Below, in pieces: positions 1 to 15,000 of a DNA stretch of 64,000 nucleotides (position 1 is the first letter of the stretch; each line of letters begins with the position of its first letter). Under the pieces are notes generated by a model. That model made no database searches. It saw only the letters and a program-made list of their open reading frames with translations, and was not told where the DNA came from. Made by a program: the position numbers and the translations under genes. This stretch comes from Auanema rhodensis (lineage: Eukaryota > Animalia > Nematoda). The stretch is taken from NCBI GenBank assembly GCA_964057225.1, contig OZ059899.1, forward strand, positions 10,044,001 to 10,108,000. The letters are read 5' to 3'.

Positions 1-3000
1 GAAAAGAACTAGTTTTTTCTATTTTAAAACAAACAATAATAAACAAAATGAAAAGATTGTTAGATATCCAATTTTAACTTATACATTTACTTCGATGAAG
101 AGCCTATTAGATTGAATTTTTATGTCTTACAGTTCTCCAACAGAACAGACTGATCCTGATTTTTCTACGATTACATAAAACTCTCGTTTGATATACAAAA
201 AGGAGAGGAATAACGTTTCCAGGATATCAATGATATCGAATCTAGTGATATTGTAGAAAAATGTAATGTCAGCTCCATAGTTTTTCTCTTAATTTCTCTC
301 ATCACAATAGTCTTAGTTTTTTTTCATAAGAGTTTCTGAAATCTTAGTTGAACAAGGCAGTATATATTTTTTTCTGGAATTCGAAAGCATTTGGGATGAA
401 AATTAGAAAGAAAAGAACTAGTTTTTCCTACTTTAAAACAAAAATAAGAAATAAAATGAAAAAGATTGTTAGATATCCAATTTAAACTTATACATTTACT
501 TCGATAAAGAGCCTATTAGTTTGAAATTTTATGTCTTACAGTTCTCCAACAGAACAGACTGATCCTGATTTCTCTATGATTACATAAAACTCTCGTTTGA
601 TATAAAAGCATATTGGATAGAAATTTCGAGAGCATTTTGGATGGAAATTAGAACGAAAAGAACTAGTTTTTTTCTATTTTAAAACAAACAATAATAAACA
701 AAATGAAAAGATTGTTAGATATCCAATTTTAACTTATACATTTACTTCGATGAAGAGCCTATTAGATTGAATTTTTATGTCTTACAGTTCTCCAACAGAA
801 CAGACTGATCCTGATTTTTCTACGATTACATAAAACTCTCGTTTGATATACAAAAAGGAGAGGAATAACGTTTCCAGGATATCAATGATATCGAATCTAG
901 TGATATTGTAGAAAAATGTAATGTCAGCTCCATAGTTTTTCTCTTAATTTCTCTCATCACAATAGTCTTAGTTTTTTTTCATAAGAGTTTCTGAAATCTT
1001 AGTTGAACAAGGCAGTATATATTTTTTTCTGGAATTCGAAAGCATTTGGGATGAAAATTAGAAAGAAAAGAACTAGTTTTTCCTACTTTAAAACAAAAAT
1101 AAGAAATAAAATGAAAAAGATTGTTAGATATCCAATTTAAACTTATACATTTACTTCGATAAAGAGCCTATTAGTTTGAAATTTTATGTCTTACAGTTCT
1201 CCAACAGAACAGACTGATCCTGATTTCTCTATGATTACATAAAACTCTCGTTTGATATAAAAGCATATTGGATAGAAATTTCGAGAGCATTTTGGATGGA
1301 AATTAGAACGAAAAGAACTAGTTTTTTTCTATTTTAAAACAAACAATAATAAACAAAATGAAAAGATTGTAAGATATCCAATTTTAACTTATACATTTAC
1401 TTCGATGAAGAGCCTATTAGATTGAATTTTTATGTCTTACAGTTCTCCAACAGAACAGACTGATCCTGATTTTTCTACGATTACATAAAACTCTCGTTTG
1501 ATATACAAAAAGGAGAGGAATAACGTTTCCAGGATATCAATGATATCGAATCTAGTGATATTGTAGAAAAATATAATGTCAGCTCCATAGTTTTTCTCTT
1601 AATTTCTCTCATCACAATAGTCTTAGTTTTTTTTCATAAGAGTTTCTGAAATCTTAGTTGAACAAGGCAGTATATATTTTTTTCTGGAATTCGAAAGCAT
1701 TTGAAATGAAAATTAGAAAGAAAAGAACTAGTTTTTCCTACTTTAAAACAAACAATAAGAAATAAAATGAAAAAGATTGTTAGATATCCAATTTTAACTT
1801 ATACATTTACTTCGATAAAGAGCCTATTAGTTTGAAATTTTATGTCTTACAGTTCTCCAACAGAACAGACTGATCCTGATTTTTCTACGATTACATAAAA
1901 CTCTCGTTTGATATACAAAAAGGAGAGGAATAACGTTTCCAGGATATCAATGATATCGAATCTAGTGATATTGTAGAAAAATGTAATGTCAGCTCCATAG
2001 TTTTTCTCTTAATTTCTCTCATCACAATAGTCTTAGTTTTTTTTCATAAGAGTTTCTGAAATCTTAGTTGAACAAGGCAGTATATATTTTTTTCTGGAAT
2101 TCGAAAGCATTTGGGATGAAAATTAGAAAGAAAAGAACTAGTTTTTCCTACTTTAAAACAAACAATAAGAAATAAAATGAAAAAGATTGTTAGATATCCA
2201 ATTTAAACTTATACATTTACTTCGATAAAGAGCCTATTAGTTTGAAATTTTATGTCTTACAGTTCTCCAACAGAACAGACTGATCCTGATTTCTCTATGA
2301 TTACATAAAACTCTCGTTTGATATAAAAGCATATTGGATAGAAATTTCGAAAGCATTTTGGATGGAAATTAGAACGAAAAGAACTAGTTTTTTCTATTTC
2401 AAAACAAACAATAATAAACAAAATGAAAAGATTGTTAGATATCCAATTTTAACTTATACATTTACTTCGATGAAGAGCCTATTAGATTGAATTTTTATGT
2501 CTTACAGTTCTCCAACAGAACAGACTTATCCTGATTTTTCTACGATTACATAAAACTCTCGTTTGATATACAAAAAGGAGAGGAATAACGTTTCCAGGAT
2601 ATCAATGATATCGAATCTAGTGATATTGTAGAAAAATGTAATGTCAGCTCCATAGTTTTTCTCTTAATTTCTCTCATCACAATAGTCTTAGTTTTTTTTC
2701 ATAAGAGTTTCTGAAATCTTAGTTGAACAAGGCAGTATATATTTTTTTCTGGAATTCGAAAGCATTTGGGATGAAAATTAGAAAGAAAAGAACTAGTTTT
2801 TCCTACTTTAAAACAAACAATAAGAAATAAAATGAAAAAGATTGTTAGATATCCAATTTAAACTTATACATTTACTTCGATAAAGAGCCTATTAGTTTGA
2901 AATTTTATGTCTTACAGTTCTCCAACAGAACAGACTGATCCTGATTTCTCTATGATTACATAAAACTCTCGTTTGATATAAAAGCATATTGGATAGAAAT

Positions 3001-6000
3001 TTCGAAAGCATTTTGGATGGAAATTAGAACGAAAAGAACTAGTTTTTTCTATTTTAAAACAAACAATAATAAACAAAATGAAAAGATTGTTAGATATCCA
3101 ATTTTAACTTATACATTTACTTCGATGAAGAGCCTATTAGATTGAATTTTTATGTCTTACAGTTCTCCAACAGAACAGACTGATCCTGATTTTTCTACGA
3201 TTACATAAAACTCTCGTTTGATATACAAAAAGGAGAGGAATAACGTTTCCAGGATATCAATGATATCGAATCTAGTGACATTGTAGAAAAATGTAATGTC
3301 AGCTCCATAGTTTTTCTCTTAATTTCTCTCATCACAATAGTCTTAGTTTTTTTTCATAAGAGTTTCTGAAATCTTAGTTGAACAAGGCAGTATATATTTT
3401 TTTCTGGAATTCGAAAGCATTTGGGATGGAAATTAGAAAGAAAAGAACTAGTTTTTCCTACTTTAAAACAAACAATAAGAAATAAAATGAAAAAGATTGT
3501 TAGATATCCAATTTAAACTTATACATTTACTTCGATAAAGAGCCTATTAGTTTGAAATTTTATGTCTTACAGTTCTCCAACAGAACAGACTGATCCTGAT
3601 TTTTCTACGATTACATAAAACTCTTGTTTGATATACAAAAAGGAGAGGAATAACGTTTCCAGGATATCAATGATATCGAATCTAGTGATATTGTAGAAAA
3701 ATGTAATGTCAGCTCCATAGTTTTTCTCTTAATTTCTCTCATCACAATAGTCTTAGTTTTTTTTCATAAGAGTTTCTGAAATCTCAGTTGAACAAGGCAG
3801 TATATATTTTTTTCTGGAATTCGAAAGCATTTGGGATGGAAATTAGAAAGAAAAGAACTAGTTTTTCCTACTTTAAAACAAACAATAAGAAATAAAATGA
3901 AAAAGATTGTTAGATATCCAATTTAAACTTATACATTTACTTCGATAAAGAGCCTATTAGTTTGAAATTTTATGTCTTACAGTTCTCCAACAGAACAGAC
4001 TGATCCTGATTTCTCTATGATTACATAAAACTCTCGTTTGATATAAAAGCATATTGGATAGAAATTTCGAAAGCATTTTGGATGGAAATTAGAACGAAAA
4101 GAACTAGTTTTTTCTATTTTAAAACAAACAATAATAAACAAAATGAAAAGATTGTTAGATATCCAATTTTAACTTATACATTTACTTCGATGAAGAGCCT
4201 ATTAGATTGAATTTTTATGTCTTACAGTTCTCCAACAGAACAGACTGATCCTGATTTTTCTACGATTACATAAAACTCTCGTTTGATATACAAAAAGGAG
4301 AGGAATAACGTTTCCAGGATATCAATGATATCGAATCTAGTGACATTGTAGAAAAATGTAATGTCAGCTCCATAGTTTTTCTCTTAATTTCTCTCATCAC
4401 AATAGTCTTAGTTTTTTTTCATAAGAGTTTCTGAAATCTTAGTTGAACAAGGCAGTATATATTTTTTTCTGGAATTCGAAAGCATTTGGGATGGAAATTA
4501 GAAAGAAAAGAACTAGTTTTTCCTACTTTAAAACAAACAATAAGAAATAAAATGAAAAAGATTGTTAGATATCCAATTTAAACTTATACATTTACTTCGA
4601 TAAAGAGCCTATTAGTTTGAAATTTTATGTCTTACAGTTCTCCAACAGAACAGACTGATCCTGATTTTTCTACGATTACATAAAACTCTTGTTTGATATA
4701 CAAAAAGGAGAGGAATAACGTTTCCAGGATATCAATGATATCGAATCTAGTGATATTGTAGAAAAATGTAATGTCAGCTCCATAGTTTTTCTCTTAATTT
4801 CTCTCATCACAATAGTCTTAGTTTTTTTTCATAAGAGTTTCTGAAATCTTAGTTGAACAAGGCAGTATATTTTTTTTTCTGGAATTCGAAAGCATTTGGG
4901 ATGAAAATTAGAAAGAAAAGAACTAGTTTTTCCTACTTTAAAACAAACAATAAGAAATAAAATGAAAAAGATTGTTAGATATCCAATTTAAACTTATACA
5001 TTTACTTCGATAAAGAGCCTATTAGTTTGAAATTTTATGTCTTACAGTTCTCCAACAGAACAGACTGATCCTGATTTCTCTATGATTACATAAAACTCTC
5101 GTTTGATATAAAAGCATATTGGATAGAAATTTCGGAAGCATTTTGGATGGAAATTAGAACGAAAAGAACTAGTTTTTTCTATTTTAAAACAAACAATAAT
5201 AAACAAAATGAAAAGATTGTTAGATATCCAATTTTAACTTATACATTTACTTCGATGAAGAGCCTATTAGATTGAATTTTTATGTCTTACAGTTCTCCAA
5301 CAGAACAGACTTATCCTGATTTTTCTACGATTACATAAAACTCTCGTTTGATATACAAAAAGAAGAGGAATAACGTTTCCAGGATATTAATGATATCGAA
5401 TCTAGTGATATTGTAGAAAAATGTAATGTCAGCTCCATAGTTTTTCTCTTAATTTCTCTCATCACAATAGTCTTAGTTTTTTTTCATAAGAGTTTCTGAA
5501 ATCTTAGTTGAACAAGGCAGTATATATTTTTTTCTGGAATTCGAAAGCATTTGGGATGAAAATTAGAAAGAAAAGAACTAGTTTTTCCTACTTTAAAACA
5601 AACAATAAGAAATAAAATGAAAAAGATTGTTAGATATCCAATTTAAACTTATACATTTACTTCGATAAAGAGCCTATTAGTTTGAAATTTTATGTCTTAC
5701 AGTTCTCCAACAGAACAGACTGATCCTGATTTCTCTATGATTACATAAAACTCTCGTTTGATATAAAAGCATATTGGATAGAAATTTCGAAAGCATTTTG
5801 GATGGAAATTAGAACGAAAAGAACTAGTTTTTTCTATTTTAAAACAAACAATAATAAACAAAATGAAAAGATTGTTAGATATCCAATTTTAACTTATACA
5901 TTTACTTCGATGAAGAGCCTATTAGATTGAATTTTTATGTCTTACAGTTCTCCAACAGAACAGACTGATCCTGATTTTTCTACGATTACATAAAACTCTC

Positions 6001-9000
6001 GTTTGATATACAAAAAGGAGAGGAATAACGTTTCCAGGATATCAATGATATCGAATCTAGTGATATTGTAGAAAAATGTAATGTCAGCTCCATAGTTTTT
6101 CTCTTAATTTCTCTCATCACAATAGTCTTAGTTTTTTTTCATAAGAGTTTCTGAAATCTTAGTTGAACAAGGCAGTATATATTTTTTTCTGGAATTCGAG
6201 AGCATTTGGGATGAAAATTAGAAAGAAAAGAACTAGTTTTTCCTACTTTAAAACAAAAATAAGAAATAAAATGAAAAAGATTGTTAGATATCCAATTTAA
6301 ACTTATACATTTACTTCGATAAAGAGCCTATTAGTTTGAAATTTTATGTCTTACAGTTCTCCAACAGAACAGACTGATCCTGATTTTTCTACGATTACAT
6401 AAAACTCTCGTTTGATATACAAAAAGGAGAGGAATAACGTTTCCAGGATATCAATGATATCGAATCTAGTGATATTGTAGAAAAATATAATGTCAGCTCC
6501 ATAGTTTTTCTCTTAATTTCTCTCATCACAATAGTCTTAGTTTTTTTTCATAAGAGTTTCTGAAATCTTAGTTGAACAAGGCAGTATATATTTTTTTCTG
6601 GAATTCGAAAGCATTTGAAATGAAAATTAGAAAGAAAAGAACTAGTTTTTCCTACTTTAAAACAAACAATAAGAAATAAAATGAAAAAGATTGTTAGATA
6701 TCCAATTTTAACTTATACATTTACTTCGATAAAGAGCCTATTAGTTTGAAATTTTATGTCTTACAGTTCTCCAACAGAACAGACTGATCCTGATTTTTCT
6801 ACGATCACATAAAACTCTCGTTTGATATACAAAAAGGAGAGGAATAACGTTTCCAGGATATCAATGATATCGAATCTAGTGATATTGTAGAAAAATGTAA
6901 TGTCAGCTCCATAGTTTTTCTCTTAATTTCTCTCATCACAATAGTCTTAGTTTTTTTTCATAAGAGTTTCTGAAATCTTAGTTGAACAAGGCAGTATATA
7001 TTTTTTTCTGGAATTCGAAAGCATTTGGGATGGAAATTAGAAAGAAAAGAACTAGTTTTTCCTACTTTAAAACAAACAATAAGAAATAAAATGTAAAAGA
7101 TTGTTAGATATCCAATTTAAACTTATACATTTACTTCGATAAAGAGCCTATTAGTTTGAAATTTTATGTCTTACAGTTCTCCAACAGAACAGACTGATCC
7201 TGATTTCTCTATGATTACATAAAACTCTCGTTTGATATAAAAGCATATTGGATAGAAATTTCGAAAGCATTTTGGATGGAAATTAGAACGAAAAGAACTA
7301 GTTTTTTCTATTTTAAAACAAACAATAATAAACAAAATGAAAAGATTGTTAGATATCCAATTTTAACTTATACATTTACTTCGATGAAGAGCCTATTAGA
7401 TTGAATTTTTATGTCTTACAGTTCTCTAACAGAAAAGACTGATCCTGATTTTTCTACGATTACATAAAACTCTCGTTTGATATACAAAAAGGAGAGGAAT
7501 AACGTTTCCAGGATATCAATGATATCGAATCTAGTGACATTGTAGAAAAATGTAATGTCAGCTCCATAGTTTTTCTCTTAATTTCTCTCATCACAATAGT
7601 CTTAGTTTTTTTTCATAAGAGTTTCTGAAATCTTAGTTGAACAAGGCAGTATATATCTTTTTCTGGAATTCGAAAGCATTTGGGATGGAAATTAGAAAGA
7701 AAAGAACTAGTTTTTCCTACTTTAAAACAAACAATAAAAAATAAAATGAAAAAGATTGTTAGATATCCAATTTAAACTTATACATTTACTTCGATAAAGA
7801 GCCTATTAGTTTGAAATTTTATGTCTTACAGTTCTCCAACAGAACAGACTGATCCTGATTTCTCTATGATTACATAAAACTCTCGTTTGATATAAAAGCA
7901 TATTGGATAGAAATTTCGAAAGCATTTTGGATGGAAATTAGAACGAAAAGAACTAGTTTTTTCTATTTTAAAACAAACAATAATAAACAAAATGAAAAGA
8001 TTGTTAGATATCCAATTTTAACTTATACATTTACTTCGATGAAGAGCCTATTAGATTGAATTTTTATGTCTTACAGTTCTCCAACAGAACAGACTTATCC
8101 TGATTTTTCTACGATTACATAAAACTCTCGTTTGATATACAAAAAGGAGAGGAATAACGTTTCCAGGATATCAATGATATCGAATCTAGTGATATTGTAG
8201 AAAAATGTAATGTCAGCTCCATAGTTTTTCTCTTAATTTCTCTCATCACAATAGTCTTAGTTTTTTTCATAAGAGTTTCTGAAATCTTAGTTGAACAAGG
8301 CAGTATATATTTTTTTCTGGAATTCGAAAGCATTTGGGATGGAAATTAGAAAGAAAAGAACTAGTTTTTCCTACTTTAAAACAAACAATAAGAAATAAAA
8401 TGAAAAAGATTGTTAGATATCCAATTTAAACTTATACATTTACTTCGATAAAGAGCCTATTAGTTTGAAATTTTATGTCTTACAGTTCTCCAACAGAACA
8501 GACTGATCCTGATTTCTCTATGATTACATAAAACTCTCGTTTGATATAAAAGCATATTGGATAGAAATTTCGAAAGCATTTTGGATGGAAATTAGAACGA
8601 AAAGAACTAGTTTTTTCTATTTTAAAACAAACAATAATAAACAAAATGAAAAGATTGTTAGATATCCAATTTTAACTTATACATTTACTTCGATGAAGAG
8701 CCTATTAGATTGAATTTTTATGTCTTACAGTTCTCCAACAGAACAGACTTATCCTGATTTTTCTACGATTACATAAAACTCTCGTTTGATATACAAAAAG
8801 GAGAGGAATAACGTTTCCAGGATATCAATGATATCGAATCTAGTGATATTGTAGAAAAATGTAATGTCAGCTCCATAGTTTTTCTCTTAATTTCTCTCAT
8901 CACAATAGTCTTAGTTTTTTTCATAAGAGTTTCTGAAATCTTAGTTGAACAAGGCAGTATATATTTTTTTCTGGAATTCGAAAGCATTTGGGATGGAAAT

Positions 9001-12000
9001 TAGAAAGAAAAGAACTAGTTTTTCCTACTTTAAAACAAACAATAAGAAATAAAATAAAAAAGATTGTTAGATATCCAATTTAAACTTATACATTTACTTC
9101 GATAAAGAGCCTATTAGTTTGAAATTTTATGTCTTACAGTTCTCCAACAGAACAGACTGATCCTGATTTCTCTATGATTACATAAAACTCTCGTTTGATA
9201 TAAAAGCATATTGGATAGAAATTTCGAAAGCATTTTGGATGGAAATTAGAACGAAAAGAACTAGTTTTTTCTATTTTAAAACAAACAATAATAAACAAAA
9301 TGAAAAGATTGTTAGATATCCAATTTTAACTTATACATTTACTTCGATGAAGAGCCTATTAGATTGAATTTTTATGTCTTACAGTTCTCCAACAGAACAG
9401 ACTTATCCTGATTTTTCTACGATTACATAAAACTCTCGTTTGATATACAAAAAGGAGAGGAATAACGTTTCCAGGATATCAATGATATCGAATCTAGTGA
9501 TATTGTAGAAAAATGTAATGTCAGCTCCATAGTTTTTCTCTTAATTTCTCTCATCACAATAGTCTTAGTTTTTTTCATAAGAGTTTCTGAAATCTTAGTT
9601 GAACAAGGCAGTATATATTTTTTTCTGGAATTCGAAAGCATTTGGGATGGAAATTAGAAAGAAAAGAACTAGTTTTTCCTACTTTAAAACAAACAATAAG
9701 AAATAAAATGAAAAAGATTGTTAGATATCCAATTTAAACTTATACATTTACTTCGATAAAGAGCCTATTAGTTTGAAATTTTATGTCTTACAGTTCTCCA
9801 ACAGAACAGACTGATCCTGATTTCTCTATGATTACATAAAACTCTCGTTTGATATAAAAGCATATTGGATAGAAATTTCGAAAGCATTTTGGATGGAAAT
9901 TAGAACGAAAAGAACTAGTTTTTTCTATTTTAAAACAAACAATAATAAACAAAATGAAAAGATTGTTAGATATCCAATTTTAACTTATACATTTACTTCG
10001 ATGAAGACCCTATTAGATTGAATTTTTATGTCTTACAGTTCTCCAACAGAACAGACTGATCCTGATTTTTCTACGATTACATAAAACTCTCGTTTGATAT
10101 ACAAAAAGGAGAGGAATAACGTTTCCAGGATATCAATGATATCGAATCTAGTGACATTGTAGAAAAATGTAATGTCAGCTCCATAGTTTTTCTCTTAATT
10201 TCTCTCATCACAATAGTCTTAGTTTTGTTTCATAAGAGTTTCTGAAATCTTAGTTGAACAAGGCAGTATATATTTTTTTCTGGAATTCGAAAGCATTTGG
10301 GATGGAAATTAGAAAGAAAAGAACTAGTTTTTCCTACTTTAAAACAAACAATAAGAAATAAAATGAAAAAGATTGTTAGATATCCAATTTAAACTTATAC
10401 ATTTACTTCGATAAAGAGCCTATTAGTTTGAAATTTTATGTCTTACAGTTCTCCAACAGAACAGACTGATCCTGATTTTTCTACGATTACATAAAACTCT
10501 TGTTTGATATACAAAAAGGAGAGGAATAACGTTTCCAGGATATCAATGATATCGAATCTAGTGATATTGTAGAAAAATGTAATGTCAGCTCCATAGTTTT
10601 TCTCTTAATTTCTCTCATCACAATAGTCTTAGTTTTTTTTCATAAGAGTTTCTGAAATCTTAGTTGAACAAGGCAGTATATTTTTTTTTCTGGAATTCGA
10701 AAGCATTTGGGATGAAAATTAGAAAGAAAAGAACTAGTTTTTCCTACTTTAAAACAAACAATAAGAAATAAAATGAAAAAGATTGTTAGATATCCAATTT
10801 AAACTTATACATTTACTTCGATAAAGAGCCTATTAGTTTGAAATTTTATGTCTTACAGTTCTCCAACAGAACAGACTGATCCTGATTTCTCTATGATTAC
10901 ATAAAACTCTCGTTTGATATAAAAGCATATTGGATAGAAATTTCGAAAGCATTTTGGATGGAAATTAGAACGAAAAGAACTAGTTTTTTCTATTTTAAAA
11001 CAAACAATAATAAACAAAATGAAAAGATTGTTAGATATCCAATTTTAACTTATACATTTACTTCGATGAAGAGCCTATTAGATTGAATTTTTATGTCTTA
11101 CAGTTCTCCAACAGAACAGACTTATCCTGATTTTTCTACGATTACATAAAACTCTCGTTTGATATACAAAAAGGAGAGGAATAACGTTTCCAGGATATCA
11201 ATGATATCGAATCTAGTGATATTGTAGAAAAATGTAATGTCAGCTCCATAGTTTTTCTCTTAATTTCTCTCATCACAATAGTCTTAGTTTTTTTTCATAA
11301 GAGTTTCTGAAATCTTAGTTGAACAAGGCAGTATATATTTTTTTCTGGAATTCGAAAGCATTTGGGATGAAAATTAGAAAGAAAAGAACTAGTTTTTCCT
11401 ACTTTAAAACAAACAATAATAAACAAAATGAAAAGATTGTTAGATATCCAATTTTAACTTATACATTTACTTCGATGAAGAGCCTATTAGATTGAATTTT
11501 TATGTCTTACAGTTCTCCAACAGAACAGACTGATCCTGATTTTTCTACGATTACATAAAACTCTCGTTTGATATACAAAAAGGAGAGGAATAACGTTTCC
11601 AGGATATCAATGATATCGAATCTAGTGATATTGTAGAAAAATGTAATGTCAGCTCCATAGTTTTTCTCTTAATTTCTCTCATCACAATAGTCTTAGTTTT
11701 TTTTCATAAGAGTTTCTGAAATCTTAGTTGAACAAGGCAGTATATATTTTTTTCTGGAATTCGAAAGCATTTGGGATGGAAATTAGAAAGAAAAGAACTA
11801 GTTTTTCCTACTTTAAAACAAACAATAAGAAATAAAATGAAAAAGATTGTTAGATATCCAATTTAAACTTATACATTTACTTCGATAAAGAGCCTATTAG
11901 TTTGAAATTTTATGTCTTACAGTTCTCCAACAGAACAGACTGATCCTGATTGCTCTATGATTACATAAAACTCTCGTTTGATATAAAAGCATATTGGATA

Positions 12001-15000
12001 GAAATTTCGAAAGCATTTTGGATGGAAATTAGAACGAAAAGAACTAGTTTTTTCTATTTTAAAACAAACAATAATAAACAAAATGAAAAGATTGTTAGAT
12101 ATCCAATTTTAACTTATACATTTACTTCGATGAAGAGCCTATTAGATTGAATTTTTATGTCTTACAGTTCTCCAACAGAACAGACTTATCCTGATTTTTC
12201 TACGATTACATAAACCTCTCGTTTGATATACAAAAAGGAGACGAATAACGTTTCCAGGATATCAATGATATCGAATCTAGTGATATTGTAGAAAAATGTA
12301 ATGTCAGCTCCATAGTTTTTCTCTTAATTTCTCTCATCACAATAGTCTTAGTTTTTTTTCATAAGAGTTTCTGAAATCTTAGTTGAACAAGGCAGTATAT
12401 ATTTTTTTCTGGAATTCGAAAGCATTTGGGATGAAAATTAGAAAGAAAAGAACTAGTTTTTCCTACTTTAAAACAAACAATAAGAAATAAAATGAAAAAG
12501 TTTGTTAGATATCCAATTTAAACTTATACATTTACTTCGATAAAGAGCCTATTAGTTTGAAATTTCATGTCTTACAGTTCTCCAACAGAACAGACTGATC
12601 CTGATTTCTCTATGATTACATAAAACTCTCGTTTGATATAAAAGCATATTGGATAGAAATTTCGAAAGCATTTTGGATGGAAATTAGAACGAAAAGAACT
12701 AGTTTTTTCTATTTTAAAACAAACAATAATAAACAAAATGAAAAGATTGTTAGATATCCAATTTTAACTTATACATTTACTTCGATGAAGAGCCTATTAG
12801 ATTGAATTTTTATGTCTTACAGTTCTCCAACAGAACAGACTTATCCTGATTTTTCTACGATTACATAAACCTCTTGTTTGATATACAAAAAGGAGACGAA
12901 TAACGTTTCCAGGATATCAATGATATCGAATCTAGTGATATTGTAGAAAAATGTAATGTCAGCTCCATAGTTTTTCTCTTAATTTCTCTCATCACAATAG
13001 TCTTAGTTTTTTTTCATAAGAGTTTCTGAAATCTTAGTTGAACAAGGCAGTATATATTTTTTTCTGGAATTCGACAGCATTTGGGATGAAAATTAGAAAG
13101 AAAAGAACTAGTTTTTCCTACTTTAAAACAAACAATAAGAAATAAAATGAAAAAGATTGTTAGATATCCAATTTAAACTTATACATTTACTTCGATAAAG
13201 AGCCTATTAGTTTGAAATTTTATGTCTTACAGTTCTCCAACAGAACAGACTGATCCTGATTTCTCTATGATTACATAAAACTCTCGTTTGATATAAAAGC
13301 ATATTGGATAGAAATTTCGAAAGCATTTTGGATGGAAATTAGAACGAAAAGAACTAGTTTTTTCTATTTTAAAACAAACAATAATAAACAAAATGAAAAG
13401 ATTGTTAGATATCCAATTTTAACTTATACATTTACTTCGATGAAGAGCCTATTAGATTGAATTTTTATGTCTTACAGTTCTCCAACAGAACAGACTTATC
13501 CTGATTTTTCTACGATTACATAAACCTCTCGTTTGATATACAAAAAGGAGACGAATAACGTTTCCAGGATATCAATGATATCGAATCTAGTGATATTGTA
13601 GAAAAATGTAATGTCAGCTCCATAGTTTTTCTCTTAATTTCTCTCATCACAATAGTCTTAGTTTTTTTTCATAAGAGTTTCTGAAATCTTAGTTGAACAA
13701 GGCAGTATATATTTTTTTCTGGAATTCGACAGCATTTGGGATGAAAATTAGAAAGAAAAGAACTAGTTTTTCCTACTTTAAAACAAACAATAAGAAATAA
13801 AATGAAAAAGATTGTTAGATATCCAATTTAAACTTATACATTTACTTCGATAAAGAGCCTATTAGTTTGAAATTTTATGTCTTACAGTTCTCCAACAGAA
13901 CAGACTGATCCTGATTTCTCTATGATTACATAAAACTCTCGTTTGATATAAAAGCATATTGGATAGAAATTTCGAAAGCATTTTGGATGGAAATTAGAAC
14001 GAAAAGAACTAGTTTTTTCTATTTTAAAACAAACAATAATAAACAAAATGAAAAGGTTGTTAGATATCCAATTTTAACTTATACATTTACTTCGATGAAG
14101 AGCCTATTAGATTGAATTTTTATGTCTTACAGTTCTCCAACAGAACAGACTGATCCTGATTTCTCTATGATTACATAAAACTCTCGTTTGATATAAAAGC
14201 ATATTGGATAGAAATTTCGAAAGCATTTTGGATGGAAATTAGAACGAAAAGAACTAGTTTTTTCTATTTTAAAACAAACAATAATAAACAAAATGAAAAG
14301 ATTGTTAGATATCCAATTTTAACTTATACATTTACTTCGATGAAGAGCCTATTAGATTGAATTTTTATGTCTTACAGTTCTCCAACAGAACAGACTGATC
14401 CTGATTTCTCTATGATTACATAAAACTCTCGTTTGATATAAAAGCATATTGGATAGAAATTTCGAAAGCATTTTGGATGGAAATTAGAACGAAAAGAACT
14501 AGTTTTTTCTATTTTAAAACAAACAATAATAAACAAAATGAAAAGATTGTTAGATATCCAATTTTAACTTATACATTTACTTCGATGAAGAGCCTATTAG
14601 ATTGAATTTTTATGTCTTACAGTTCTCCAACAGAACAGACTTATCCTGATTTTTCTACGATTACATAAACCTCTCGTTTGATATACAAAAAGGAGACGAA
14701 TAACGTTTCCAGGATATCAATGATATCGAATCTAGTGATATTGTAGAAAAATGTAATGTCAGCTCCATAGTTTTTCTCTTAATTTCTCTCATCACAATAG
14801 TCTTAGTTTTTTTTCATAAGAGTTTCTGAAATCTTAGTTGAACAAGGCAGTATATATTTTTTTCTGGAATTCGACAGCATTTGGGATGAAAATTAGAAAG
14901 AAAAGAACTAGTTTTTCCTACTTTAAAACAAACAATAAGAAATAAAATGAAAAAGATTGTTAGATATCCAATTTAAACTTATACATTTACTTCGATAAAG

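Noticed and set aside
1-420. Short palindromes (AACTAGTT, GATATC twice, GAATTCGAA) and GTTTC words resembling the nematode piRNA Ruby motif
   Set aside because: Expected by chance in AT-rich DNA; the full CTGTTTCA core is absent; repetition only reflects monomer amplification.
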